The position numbers and the translations under genes are program-made. 64,000 nucleotides of DNA, from assembly GCA_965224195.1 (NCBI GenBank), contig OZ245040.1, positions 544,001-608,000 on the forward strand, written 5' to 3'. The notes beneath the pieces were generated by a model. It saw nothing but the letters and a program-made list of their open reading frames with translations. It did not search any database and had not been told where the DNA came from. The DNA is from Nitrosopumilus sp. (GTDB lineage: Archaea; Thermoproteota; Nitrososphaeria; Nitrososphaerales; Nitrosopumilaceae). This document shows, one piece after another, positions 36,746 to 47,085 of the stretch. How positions within the stretch are numbered: the stretch's first letter is position 1; each line of letters starts with the position of its first letter.

Positions 36746-38286
36746 TTTCTAATCCTCATTATTGCAAGTACTGGAATTCCAACATACATCATTGCATTAA
36801 GTACAATCAAACTAATCCCATATCCCAACACTGAACTTTCAGAATCCATATTAACATAATTCAAAATCGACAGACTAGAAATCATTGGAGTAATTGCAAT
36901 CTTTACCATCTCACGGAATACTGGATTTTCTCTTTCATAGTCTGCAATTACAGGAGAAAAAGAATAGTAGAAATCATTGAATGCCCCCATGAAACTAGTA
37001 CCTGATTCAGTTTGAAGTAAGGAATTATCTCGAATTTCTCTAAGTAATTGTACTTGTGGTGCCAACTCTGAACCATATGTTGCAGTTGCGATTAAACAAC
37101 CTCCACCTTCAGAATCGACAGGGTCAACTGTATTTGCAGGTAATATTCTGAAAATGGCACTCTCACTTAGTGACACCACATAAAGAAATCCATCCGGACC
37201 TCTTTCTATATCAGTGACACATCCAAATCCAGTTCCTATTACAATCTCATCCATTGTTTCATTTTTGTTTACCATATTATCTTGAAGAAAATCACTAGAA
37301 AATTCAAATCCATCTCTATCTTCATTTAATTCAAATTTGTAAAGATTTCCAGTATTACAATCCCCTACAAAAAGAGAATTATCATATTCATCAATTTCAT
37401 GGAATTGAGCAAAATCCAACCCTGTTGGTGCCACAACTTTTTCCCAAGTAAATTCTGGATCATCATACACATAATCCTGATACCCAGGAAGTTCTTCCAG
37501 TTCTGTCTCTGTTGCAGGACCCATGATTACAATCCATCCACTATTAAATTTCTCAAAAACTAAATTGATTTCATCAAAATCATCATCCCCATTTTCAGTT
37601 GCCCATAAATTCCCAGTTACAGGATCAATTGCTAGTCCAAAACTATTTCGAATACCCATAGCAAAATACGGTTTTTCAGTTTCTAGTTCTAGAATTACAC
37701 CATTATCTTTGAAATCAATCTCAGAATCATCCAACCACTCTATGGGCTTGTTTTGTAAAAGTGCATATCGTAAAGTATCACCAATCACTGCATACACTTG
37801 ATCATCCAATCCTGCAACCATCGCCCCTCCATTATGAGAAATATTTGAAGGAAGTTCTTCAAGAAGTATTGGATTGATTAATTTTTCTCCATTCCAAGTA
37901 TACTTGTAAATTCTATTGCCTAATGTATCGCCTCCATCTTTTTCAGATTCTGTAAAGTAAAGATAAACAAAAGACCCAACACTAGTAATTCCAAGCATCC
38001 CTTTCTCACCCTTAGAATTTACATTTACATCAAGTACAGGCTTTGTTTGTAGTGTTCCATTTTGAATTAAACGAACTTGTCCATCACTTTTTTGTAAAAA
38101 TAAAATATCATCTCCAACAAAAGTCATTGTAGTTATCATACAACACAAATCTGATACATACTCTTCAACAACCAAATCTTTTACATTCAATGTTGGTTCA
38201 TCAAAAACTCCTGCAAAAGCATATGGAATAATATTTACAAAAATAAATCCAATTAAGAATATAGGAATTATCACTAAGAATTTCAT
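36742..38286 (-). CDS. PQQ-dependent glucose/sorbosone dehydrogenase family protein with CFI-box-CTERM domain
   Basis: signal peptide, GEKGMLG, HNGG, GIRNSFG, ENG...DEIN; GGCLIATATYGSELAPQVQ. Confidence 0.88.
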   Translation of the reverse strand: MKFLVIIPIFLIGFIFVNIIPYAFAGVFDEPTLNVKDLVVEEYVSDLCCMITTMTFVGDDILFLQKSDGQVRLIQNGTLQTKPVLDVNVNSKGEKGMLGITSVGSFVYLYFTESEKDGGDTLGNRIYKYTWNGEKLINPILLEELPSNISHNGGAMVAGLDDQVYAVIGDTLRYALLQNKPIEWLDDSEIDFKDNGVILELETEKPYFAMGIRNSFGLAIDPVTGNLWATENGDDDFDEINLVFEKFNSGWIVIMGPATETELEELPGYQDYVYDDPEFTWEKVVAPTGLDFAQFHEIDEYDNSLFVGDCNTGNLYKFELNEDRDGFEFSSDFLQDNMVNKNETMDEIVIGTGFGCVTDIERGPDGFLYVVSLSESAIFRILPANTVDPVDSEGGGCLIATATYGSELAPQVQLLREIRDNSLLQTESGTSFMGAFNDFYYSFSPVIADYERENPVFREMVKIAITPMISSLSILNYVNMDSESSVLGYGISLIVLNAMMYVGIPVLAIMRIRK

Positions 38287-38532
38287 TTAACTCAAATCCT
38301 TGTTTTTTTCATTGTATTTTGACACTTCATCCAGTGGAATAGTAATTGTTCTATCAGATCCTTTGCAATAATTTTTTCCTTTGAAATGCTTGTGGATTTT
38401 AACTTTAGCCATCACGACACTATCTATTCCATAGGCTCCCTGATGATCTGAAGTTTCTTGACTAACAATATGACAATTTTGAGAAACAGTACACCATTTA
38501 CAGATAATTTTCATTTTTTTATCATTAGTCAT
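38287..38532 (-). CDS. hypothetical protein
   Basis: 81-aa ORF with CKWC...H...C. Confidence 0.6.
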   Translation of the reverse strand: MTNDKKMKIICKWCTVSQNCHIVSQETSDHQGAYGIDSVVMAKVKIHKHFKGKNYCKGSDRTITIPLDEVSKYNEKNKDLS

Positions 38533-38597
38533 AGAAGTTTCTACAAGAATTAGAAACTTGAACGTATTATCTATTGTTAAAAGAATTTAGAATAAAA

Positions 38598-38813
38598 TTA
38601 TTTTTTATCTTTATTCAAAATATCAATAACTTCTGTATTACTTTTAATCCAAGTTTTAAGATATGCATAGAATAGATTTTCTAAATCATCTACTAGTCCT
38701 TCAAGACGTGGATCAGAGCGAATATCAGCTAGTTGCTCATCAAGATTATCTAAAAATACTTTTAATCCTTGGTTAGATACTTCTAGCTTCTTGATTGCCT
38801 CTTCTGCACCCAT
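38598..38813 (-). CDS. hypothetical protein
   Basis: 71-aa helical ORF. Confidence 0.6.
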   Translation of the reverse strand: MGAEEAIKKLEVSNQGLKVFLDNLDEQLADIRSDPRLEGLVDDLENLFYAYLKTWIKSNTEVIDILNKDKK

Positions 38814-38869
38814 AGAATATCTAAATTGGATCTAGATAATAAACTCACATCATTACAAAATGTTACACT

Positions 38870-39472
38870 TTAGAAATGGTTCTCAAAAAATACATCATCT
38901 AAGGCTAATTGCCTACCACGTTGTGCTGCATCCTCTGCTCTTTTACCAACTACTACCATCATGACAATCATGTGGTCTTTTGGTAATTGGATAATTTTCG
39001 CTAATTCATCATACTCAAAACCTACCATCGGACAAGAATCAAGACCCATCTGACGTGCTGCAAGCATTATAGTTTGAGCTGCAAATCCGCAAGAGCGCAT
39101 TGCCTCATCGCGTCTGTTCTCAGGACTGTTCTCATATTTTCGAGCAAGAGCATTTTTCACCAGTTCTTGTTTTTCTAGAGTATTATTTCTCCAGTAACGT
39201 AATGGTTCTTCTTTCCATGCATTTAGATTTCCACAAAGAACAATTACCAAGGAACCATCTTTTGGTTGGGCCTGATCACGGGCAGCCTTTGAAATTTTAT
39301 CTTTTACCATCTGATCAGTGACATAGACGAATCTCCAGTTTTGTTGGTTGTAGCTTGTAGGTGATAGTATCGTCAACTCTTGATGTGCTTTAACATCTTC
39401 AGGTGACATTTTGTATGTGCTGTCAAATTTTTTTATTGCACGTCTAGTCTTTATGGCATCAAAGGTATCCAT
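38870..39472 (-). CDS. nitroreductase family protein
   Basis: AIKTRRAIKKF, SPTSYNQQNWRF, GLDSCPMVGF; start reassigned to MDTFDA. Confidence 0.9.
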   Translation of the reverse strand: MDTFDAIKTRRAIKKFDSTYKMSPEDVKAHQELTILSPTSYNQQNWRFVYVTDQMVKDKISKAARDQAQPKDGSLVIVLCGNLNAWKEEPLRYWRNNTLEKQELVKNALARKYENSPENRRDEAMRSCGFAAQTIMLAARQMGLDSCPMVGFEYDELAKIIQLPKDHMIVMMVVVGKRAEDAAQRGRQLALDDVFFENHF

Positions 39473-39509
39473 AGAATAACGGGAAAAAATTCCCAAATTT
39501 AATTGAATG

Positions 39510-39651
39510 AAAAGGTAACTGAGCTTAAGATCAGTACCTAAACAGCACTGATGACAGCTCACCACTTTAGATCAGTAACTAGAGTTATCTGATGAAAGCG
39601 ACTTGTCTTAAGATCTGAAACCATTGTACTCAGACGAGAGACTCACCTTTT
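39510..39651 (-). ncRNA. candidate structured RNA: three related hairpins closed by a terminal stem
   Basis: three ~41-nt units with compensatory change; G-U wobbles favour the minus strand; closing stem AAAAGGUGA/UUACCUUUU; upstream TTAAATAA. Confidence 0.6.
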
Positions 39652-39768
39652 CTGAATATACTATGTGATTTTGTTATTTAACCCGCACTATCTTTTCCTA
39701 CTATTGAGAATTTATACGAACAAATTCAGATAGTCTATTTATTACACCTCAAATTCATTGAAATCATC

Positions 39769-40782
39769 TTGAAGATAGCAGTAATGGGAATGGGAGTAGC
39801 AGGCTCTTATCTTATGGCCAGATTAAAGGACACAGAACATGAAGTTGTCGGATATGAAAGAATGGTTGAAGAAAGACATGATTCCATTTGTGCATGGGGG
39901 ACAATAAAATCAGAATTAGCAGGATTTTGTAAAAAAACTGGAAGAGATTTTAATGATTTTCTAATTCATGATGGTAAAAAAATGCATGTCAGAATGAGCA
40001 ATGATGTCAAATTCGACATCGGACTCAAAGGATTATGTACATATAACAAATTAGGATTAATCAAAGATTTCATCAAAGATTGTAATGTAATTTACGGTAA
40101 AGCACCAAAGTTAGAAGAATTAGAAAAAGAGTATGACATGATAGTTGATTGTACAGGATTTCACAGAGTATACTTGCCAAAATTAAAAGAAGATTTCTTT
40201 TTGCCAACATATGAGTACAAAGTAGAATATCCAGACAAGGTTCCATATGATGACTTTTACATTGAACCATTTCCTGGAATGTCAGGTTACTTTTGGTATT
40301 TCCCACTAGGTGAAAAATGGGCACATATTGGAGCTGGAGATTACAATAAACAACACATGAAAGCAACAAATGACTTTTTAAAAAAACATGGAGGTAAAGT
40401 TCTTCAAACAAAGGGACGCCCAATTAGATTGGCAACACCTGACAGATGCAAGCCGTATTATTCAGGGAAAGTAGTCGGAGTTGGAGAATCAATTGGAACT
40501 GTTTATGCATTGTTAGGTGAAGGAATTATTCCATCAATGGAATGTGTTGAGATATTTTTAGAAAACATGCAGGATTTCAAAGCGTATGAGAAAGCAGTAG
40601 AAAAACATTACAAAGTATATGCCAAAGTGTTTAATTTCGTACATGCAAAGATTCAGAAAAATTTTAGTTTCCTCAAAGCATTACCAGATTTTATTGCAAT
40701 ATTCCTTTACATGAAAAAGCATGAAGACAGATTTGGAATGAATATCAAAATTGCAGATTTGATGAAAGTTGCAAAAGCTTAA
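39769..40782 (+). CDS. FAD-dependent oxidoreductase (geranylgeranyl reductase-like)
   Basis: GMGVAG Rossmann motif, GYFWYFP, VGESIG...GEGI. Confidence 0.85.
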   Translation: MKIAVMGMGVAGSYLMARLKDTEHEVVGYERMVEERHDSICAWGTIKSELAGFCKKTGRDFNDFLIHDGKKMHVRMSNDVKFDIGLKGLCTYNKLGLIKDFIKDCNVIYGKAPKLEELEKEYDMIVDCTGFHRVYLPKLKEDFFLPTYEYKVEYPDKVPYDDFYIEPFPGMSGYFWYFPLGEKWAHIGAGDYNKQHMKATNDFLKKHGGKVLQTKGRPIRLATPDRCKPYYSGKVVGVGESIGTVYALLGEGIIPSMECVEIFLENMQDFKAYEKAVEKHYKVYAKVFNFVHAKIQKNFSFLKALPDFIAIFLYMKKHEDRFGMNIKIADLMKVAKA

Positions 40783-41483
40783 CTAAAACTTACAGAACCA
40801 AACCCTTCGCGATTAGTTCTATTTGATGCCATGTTATAGTCATAGATTGTAGTAGAGTATGCTTTGAGTTCATCTTTCATTTGATCTAAATTGTCTGCCA
40901 AGTAAAAGCCAGGGCAATCACCGGTGAATTGGTATGTTGCATGAACTCGTGCTTTTCCTTTTTCATTTTCTAACCAACTTGCAAATGGGTATAGATAGCA
41001 AACTCCAGGTCTATCAGGATGCATGCTACATCCACCCTTGTCATCTAAGAATCTACATGAAATGTGAGTTCCATCTTCGTCCATAGTCTCATCTGTCTTT
41101 CTTTTCAGATTGATTGTAGTCATGGTAGTCATTTGGCCTGAGGGTCCGGGTTCCCGATATGTTACGGTAAGAGTTTCTTTTTTGATAAATTCTGAAGTAC
41201 TTTTGTATTTCAAACCTTTTCCAATAATAATTAAATCATCAGAAGTTAGGGGGAGTCTTCCTTGTCTATCACAGCAATTGTGACAGTCAGGCCAAAAACA
41301 TTTCCACAAGATGTATTTTTTTTCAGAATTCAAATATGGAACATGAAAAACCACATCCTTGACTTTAATAGCATAGTCAGAAACATCCGTAATTTTACCT
41401 AACACAAATTTTCGAATTATTGGATCAATATCCCAATCTTTTTCCAATAAATTTAATGATTCTTCAATTTCTTTTTGAGACAA
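40779..41483 (-). CDS. YkgJ-family cysteine-cluster protein
   Basis: CFWPDCHNCC...CRFL...CSMHPDRPGVCYLYPF...CPG. Confidence 0.85.
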   Translation of the reverse strand: MSQKEIEESLNLLEKDWDIDPIIRKFVLGKITDVSDYAIKVKDVVFHVPYLNSEKKYILWKCFWPDCHNCCDRQGRLPLTSDDLIIIGKGLKYKSTSEFIKKETLTVTYREPGPSGQMTTMTTINLKRKTDETMDEDGTHISCRFLDDKGGCSMHPDRPGVCYLYPFASWLENEKGKARVHATYQFTGDCPGFYLADNLDQMKDELKAYSTTIYDYNMASNRTNREGFGSVSFS

Positions 41484-41503
41484 CTATTAAGTTATAACAT
41501 CTT

Positions 41504-41839
41504 TTGCAGATGTTATTAATGTTGAGTGAAAAAGGGAAATATGCCTCAGCTACAGAAAATCGAAGATGGGTATGGAGTGAAATAATTTGGCCCTTAATTT
41601 TACAAATCAATGATGTAGCGTTTTCATTAAAACAATTTCAAGAAAAACGTGAAAAAGTGTGCAATGAAAAAAATATTTCAATCAACATTCCATCAAGAGG
41701 ACTAGTATCACTAATGCAGAAAGGTATTATCAGAAAAGAAGGAAATGTATACTCTATTCATTATAGATTAATTCCATACATGCGACTAAAAGCAACATGT
41801 AATTATGCAACTGCAATTCATGAAGTCAGACTAAAATAA
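41504..41839 (+). CDS. hypothetical winged-helix-like protein
   Basis: SRGLVSLMQKGIIRKEGNVYSI; start uncertain. Confidence 0.65.
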   Translation: MQMLLMLSEKGKYASATENRRWVWSEIIWPLILQINDVAFSLKQFQEKREKVCNEKNISINIPSRGLVSLMQKGIIRKEGNVYSIHYRLIPYMRLKATCNYATAIHEVRLK

Positions 41840-41884
41840 TTACAACAAATGAATATATTCTAAAACATCAAAATTTCTTCTAGT

Positions 41885-41972
41885 AGCCCGATAGTCTAGT
41901 GGTCAAGGATTCTGCCCTCTGGATCTCAAGAGTGGATAGGCGGGGACGGCAGTTCGAATCTGCCTCGGGCTA
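41885..41972 (+). tRNA. tRNA-Gln(CUG) with 15-nt canonical intron (41923-41937)
   Basis: acceptor AGCCCGA/TCGGGCT, D-loop TAGTGG, anticodon loop CT-CTG-G^A, T-loop GTTCGAATC. Confidence 0.92.
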
Positions 41973-41998
41973 CCTAAAAAATTTCTAAAATAAAACTA

Positions 41999-42598
41999 CT
42001 ATCTTGATGCTTGAGCAATACGTTCCAACTCATGTCTTTTCTTGACAGATGAAGAACTAGAGTCATTATTTGCTGCAAGGATTAATTGTTCAGCTAAATG
42101 TTCTTCAATTGGTTTAGGATTAGAAAATGTTGCCTCTTTAACTGAATCAGCGATAAATTTCAAAGCCATATCAACTCTTCTGATTGGAGCAACATCAACT
42201 GATACGTGATATGTGGTACCACCATAAACAATTCTAGTAGTATCTTCAGTTGGAGCAGAAAATTCTATTGCTTTAACCAAAACTTGAACAGGGTGTTGCC
42301 CTGTTTTTAATTCAATAATTTCAAAAGCAGTTTTTACAGTTTTAATTAATTTAGTTTTTTTACCAGTCATTCTACCAGTGTTCTTTGCATATTTTTTTCC
42401 AAAGTGCATTGATTTATTGATTAATCTTTCAACAATGTTGACATCTGCTTTATTGAATCGTTTTAATGCCGAACGGCCAAAAGTATAAGGTAAGATTTGT
42501 TTTCTCAAAGAAATAGCAGTTTTTAATCCAGGATCCACAACTTCAATGTTAGATAAATCCCATTTTCTAAATAATAACAAGTTTTTAGTTTCTGCCAT
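41999..42598 (-). CDS. rps7: 30S ribosomal protein S7
   Basis: IVERLIN, EDTTRI, VDVAPIRRVD, ELERIAQASR. Confidence 0.97.
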   Translation of the reverse strand: MAETKNLLLFRKWDLSNIEVVDPGLKTAISLRKQILPYTFGRSALKRFNKADVNIVERLINKSMHFGKKYAKNTGRMTGKKTKLIKTVKTAFEIIELKTGQHPVQVLVKAIEFSAPTEDTTRIVYGGTTYHVSVDVAPIRRVDMALKFIADSVKEATFSNPKPIEEHLAEQLILAANNDSSSSSVKKRHELERIAQASR

Positions 42599-42600
42599 CT

Positions 42601-43038
42601 CTATCTCCTTGGTTTCTCTTTCTTTCCAATTACTAGTTCATGAAGTGATGTACCATTAACTTTAGAAACTTTGAATCTAACACCAGGAATATCTCCCATT
42701 GCACCACCCTGTGTTGCACCCATTCCTTCAATTGTAACCTCATCGTGTTCATCAATGAAATTCATTGCACCATCTCTTGGCAAAAAAGCTGTTACAGATT
42801 TACCATTTCTAATTAATTGAACTCTAACACATTTTCTAATAGCAGAGTTTGGTTGTTTTGCTGCAATACCAACTTTTTCTAAAACAATGCCACGTCCTTG
42901 TGGTGCACCACCCAGAGGATCTGATTTTTTATCAATACCCAGTTTTCTTCTTTTGTAAGTGGAGATTGCCCATCTTTGTTTCTTCTTTTTAATTGTAAGA
43001 ACTCTGCCAGCAAATAATCCAAGTGGTGATTTTCTCAT
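42601..43038 (-). CDS. rps12: 30S ribosomal protein S12
   Basis: [25 protein letters not shown]. Confidence 0.98.
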   Translation of the reverse strand: MRKSPLGLFAGRVLTIKKKKQRWAISTYKRRKLGIDKKSDPLGGAPQGRGIVLEKVGIAAKQPNSAIRKCVRVQLIRNGKSVTAFLPRDGAMNFIDEHDEVTIEGMGATQGGAMGDIPGVRFKVSKVNGTSLHELVIGKKEKPRR

Positions 43039-43041
43039 CTT

Positions 43042-43506
43042 CTACAGCTCCATAGTTGCCCGTTCAGGGCTATTAATCAATACACTACTAATATCAAAAT
43101 ATCGTTTTGCAAGAAGTCTTGCTTTCTCAGCATTTCTACCTTCTCTTCCAACTACAATTCCTTTCTTTCTTGGGTCTACCATCACTATTGCCTGTTTTGT
43201 CCCGTCAGCTCGTTTATTTATTTTTACTTCAGAAATTAGTTTAGAATTAAGTAAATTGGTCAAGAATTTGGCTGGATCTTCATCAAATTCTACCAGTTCA
43301 ACATTTCTCTTAACAATATTTTGTAATGATTTGATATGGATACCACCCTTACCAATTGCAAGCCCCATTTTACCAGTATTAACTACAAAAATTACTCTAT
43401 CTTGCTTTTCATCTTCTATACAATCACGTGCTGTTGCACCAGTAACATTTTGGAAAAGAGACATCATTCGCATTTGATCAGTTGAGAGTTTAATTGATTG
43501 TGCCAT
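43042..43506 (-). CDS. nusA: archaeal NusA
   Basis: two KH motifs (GLAIGKGG, VVGREGRN); conserved position. Confidence 0.95.
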   Translation of the reverse strand: MAQSIKLSTDQMRMMSLFQNVTGATARDCIEDEKQDRVIFVVNTGKMGLAIGKGGIHIKSLQNIVKRNVELVEFDEDPAKFLTNLLNSKLISEVKINKRADGTKQAIVMVDPRKKGIVVGREGRNAEKARLLAKRYFDISSVLINSPERATMEL

Positions 43507-43570
43507 AATAATTCCTTTTTATTTACGACCTAAAAATGTCTCATTTAAACTAACATCATAGAAACTACAG

Positions 43571-43894
43571 TTATTCATTTTTTTCCTCATCTTCTGTATC
43601 TTTTAAAATTGATTTGATGCTTGCATCATCTATAGAAGTAAATGAAATTGTCGAAATTCTAAATTGTAAGCCACATAGTCTACCTAATGCGACTGATGTT
43701 CCTTGAAAGTTAACTAAGGGTATTTTTTCTTTTTTTGCATCTGATTCAATTTGCTCAATCATTTCTTTTTTAATTGATTGTGATAATACAATTAGCTTGG
43801 AATTTTTTATAGAGCTTAAAACTTGTTTAGCACCAAAGGTTAGTTTATCTTCTTTGCGGGCATCTCTTAATGATTTTTCAAGTATCTTATTCAT
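43571..43894 (-). CDS. rpl30e: 50S ribosomal protein L30e (L7Ae family)
   Basis: GAKQV...GTSVALGRLCG; position upstream of nusA. Confidence 0.9.
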   Translation of the reverse strand: MNKILEKSLRDARKEDKLTFGAKQVLSSIKNSKLIVLSQSIKKEMIEQIESDAKKEKIPLVNFQGTSVALGRLCGLQFRISTISFTSIDDASIKSILKDTEDEEKNE

Positions 43895-43969
43895 GCGTTT
43901 TCCTTATGTCGATCGTCTTGCCAGGGCTTTATAGGTTTATTGAAAAGTTATGTGTAGTTTTTTAAGAAA

Positions 43970-45574
43970 TTAGTTTAGAAAACCAAATAGAGAACCCAAA
44001 GTTGAAAATGCAATTCCTACTTCGTCAAAAAAATTTCCCGGGTTTTGTTTTTCTAAATCTAAAATAAGGATATTTTCAGAAAATGATGGTTTCGGATCAA
44101 ATATATTTTCAACATTAGATAAAGAGTCAATTCTGTCAATATCAAAATTTGAAGATAATAAAATCTCAAGATTTTCTCTAGCAGTTAGATAATTTGGATT
44201 TTCTTCCAATACTTCATCATATAGTAAAATTGCACCTTTGAAATTTCCTAGATTTGCAAGTGCATTGGCTTTGTTATTTTTTGCAGGGAGGAAATCAGAA
44301 TCAACCCTAATGGCATGATCATAGTATACTATAGCTTCAGAGAAATAGCCAAGTTTCCCTAAAGTAGAACCCTTGTTTACAAGAATTTCTACATCATTAG
44401 GGTTTTTGATTAATGATTCATTAAAAAAATTCAATGAGTTATCAAATTTGCATAAACGATACAAGGCAGGGCCCATTCCATCATAATATGAAATAGTATC
44501 AGTGTACATACTAGAGTCACATTCTAGTTTTATCTAATTAAGTAATTTTCCCAATTCTATATCTTCCACTGTTAGATTATTTTCTTTTTTTATTTTACTT
44601 GATAAAATTTCTTCTTTAATTATTTTAGTTTCCTTAATTTCTAAATCATTTGTTTTTTTGATTGAAGTTTTCTCTGAAATATTCTTTGTACTCACAATAC
44701 TATTTTTTGGAATTAGTTTAGACTCATTTGATGTAGATTCAATTACAGAATTAGAATTATCTTGTGAATTAGATGTTTGATCTTTTAAATCGTTTATGTC
44801 TTCATTGACTGTATCTGCATCATGAGTTGATTTATCAATTGATTCATTTTCATCTATTTGATTTTCTGAAGAATCTTCAATAACTATTGGAACTTTATAG
44901 TAATCAAAAAATAAAATTGCTTCAGATTCAGCATAATGTGCTTTTACAGAATATATTCCATCAACTCGAAAATTTACACCATCTTTAACAAGAAAACTTG
45001 TGCTAAATTCAAAGTTAGAATCAATTGAACCAAAATAAAATCCCGCAGGCATTCCAAATGGATCATAGATTCCTATCAATGCCGTTGGAGAATCTATTGC
45101 TGAAACTAATCCAGTGATTTTGACTACATCTTTGTCAGCATATTGTTTTTCATCTGTGTATAGTAGTATAATTTCAGGTTCCACAATTTCTTCAATTAAA
45201 ATTTCAGGCTCAAAGAAATTCCCCTCTACCATAAAATAGTGATTTTAAGAAATTATACCATAATCAAGTTTAACTAAATATTCACCAGTTTTTTCATAAA
45301 ACGAAGAATTAAGAAGGATAGTTTTATCAAATGTTTTTTCAGATGAAATTTCTAAATTATTTGCAGATATAATTTTGCCATCAGGATCATAAACACTCAT
45401 GGCAATTACAGGCATTCCAATCTCTGGAATTTCACCTGAAATAGTTAACGAATCACCAAAGTCATAAAATTGCTTATCAAAATTTATAATTAATGAATCT
45501 GCAAAAACTTCTGTAAAAATTACAGAAGAAAATACGGCTAACACTATGGTAGCTCCAATTACAATTCCTAACAC
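43970..45574 (-). pseudogene. secreted TPR-containing protein broken by two in-frame stops
   Basis: ORFs 45245-45574, 44534-45232 and 43970-44509 share one frame, separated by TAA (45245-45247) and TAG (44534-44536); TPR motifs in last part. Confidence 0.8.
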
Positions 45575-45625
45575 AAGGGTAAAAACATAAATTTCTATTT
45601 AATGATCACGTAGAAATTATTCTTT

Positions 45626-46804
45626 TCAAGGAATAGTAATCATAGTAGACATAAATGGAGATAGAGGGGTCGGATCATTAATTGAATTCCAAACAAACGT
45701 TTCAATTTCATAAATTCCGGATTTTTTCGGAATCCATGATTGAGAAACGTCCAAACTTTGTTTAGAAGAAATTTCGCCCTGAATCCACGATAAAGATTCA
45801 ATAACATTTTTGTCATTTTTTACTTGAAACACATAAACAAATTTTTGTTTAAAATCATGTTCATTTGAAATAGTTCCAACTATTTGCATTTGTGAATTTT
45901 GTAAAAAGGATTGTAAAGAATTTCCAAATCCATCAGAGAAAGTCACTGATGAATTTTTAATTCGTTGAATTGGAGGGATTGATAGATCAACTCCTGCAGT
46001 AGTTTCAATTGCCAAATTATCTGATTTTGAGTAAGGTTCAGGTAAAGTATAATCATCATATTTGGCAAATATTTCATCTCCAGGAAGAGAATAGAGCCTA
46101 TTTCCACTAGAATGAGAATTTTGAGATAATGAAATTGTCGCAATAAAAGATCCTGAACTTTCAGATGTTTCCACAGCATTGACCTCAATTCCCGCTACAT
46201 CAGAATCAGAAAAAATTTGTACGAGTAAATTATCTAGCGCTTCAGGATTCAAATTCATATCAACATCAACTACACGAACTACTGCAGATTTTTCCAAATA
46301 GAAAATATCTTCAATGAAATTAATTGTTCCAACATTCCAACTAATTGGAACTGATTCAACTAATACAACTCCATCTGCAAATTCAAAAGAAATAGTTATT
46401 GCAGAATCCCTATCAACTTCTAAAAATCCACTAGTGGGACCATTTCCACTAGTTCTAGGAGTAGTGTCAAAATCCCCATCACCATCAGCATCATGAGTAA
46501 AACCTGTAAGAATAACTTCTGCAGTAAAAACACCAGAGTTTACATCAGTTTCAGTAAATCGATACGGTTCTAGAGAATGCTCTGATGTAGCAATTTTGAT
46601 TGCATGTTCATTAGTTTCCCCAATTGAATCAATTAGATGTCTATCAGAATTCCAACTAGGTGATATTATAGTAATTTTCATTTTGTCAGTCCAAGAATAA
46701 ACGGGTTTGTCTGTAAAAATTGGTGAGTATGGATCATCATAATCAGGTGCAGATTGTCCAAATGCTGGAAGTAATAACAAAGAGAATAATAAAAATGAGA
46801 ACAT
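45626..46804 (-). CDS. secreted/surface hypothetical protein (S-layer-like domains)
   Basis: signal peptide; ETDVNSGVF and VVDVDMNLNPE...ETSESSGSF repeats. Confidence 0.75.
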   Translation of the reverse strand: MFSFLLFSLLLLPAFGQSAPDYDDPYSPIFTDKPVYSWTDKMKITIISPSWNSDRHLIDSIGETNEHAIKIATSEHSLEPYRFTETDVNSGVFTAEVILTGFTHDADGDGDFDTTPRTSGNGPTSGFLEVDRDSAITISFEFADGVVLVESVPISWNVGTINFIEDIFYLEKSAVVRVVDVDMNLNPEALDNLLVQIFSDSDVAGIEVNAVETSESSGSFIATISLSQNSHSSGNRLYSLPGDEIFAKYDDYTLPEPYSKSDNLAIETTAGVDLSIPPIQRIKNSSVTFSDGFGNSLQSFLQNSQMQIVGTISNEHDFKQKFVYVFQVKNDKNVIESLSWIQGEISSKQSLDVSQSWIPKKSGIYEIETFVWNSINDPTPLSPFMSTMITIP

Positions 46805-46849
46805 GATAATAATTATGATTTATTAGATTTATTGTTTGATGAATAATTT

Positions 46850-47080
46850 CTAGGATTCTTCTTCAGACAATGAAAGTGTTAAGAGGTTATCACCACGAAG
46901 TAAGATTTTTCCTAATTGCTCATGCTTTTCTTCTGTAATATCTTCAGCATTGTCTAATGTAAGATTCATGTGAATATCAAAATCTTGGAGAACACCTTGA
47001 ATAGTTTTAGTATTTCTTAATCGAAGCAAAACAACTTTGCCTTTATTTTTACTCATTAATGTTGAAATTTCATCGGCCAT
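46850..47080 (-). CDS. Sm/Lsm RNA-binding protein
   Basis: GVLQDFDIHMNLTL and ILLRGDN Sm1/Sm2 motifs. Confidence 0.93.
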   Translation of the reverse strand: MADEISTLMSKNKGKVVLLRLRNTKTIQGVLQDFDIHMNLTLDNAEDITEEKHEQLGKILLRGDNLLTLSLSEEES

Positions 47081-47085
47081 AATTC

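Noticed and set aside
39520-39642. Mini-CRISPR, hammerhead ribozyme or C/D box guide (CTGATGA motifs)
   Set aside because: Units are degenerate hairpins, not identical repeats with spacers; the hammerhead GAAA/stem arrangement and K-turn geometry do not fit; wobble pairs favour the other strand.
42959-43477. 172-aa plus-strand ORF and similar antisense ORFs over alaS, leuS, rpo, mdh and PEFG genes
   Set aside because: Fully antisense to well-conserved genes and without motifs.
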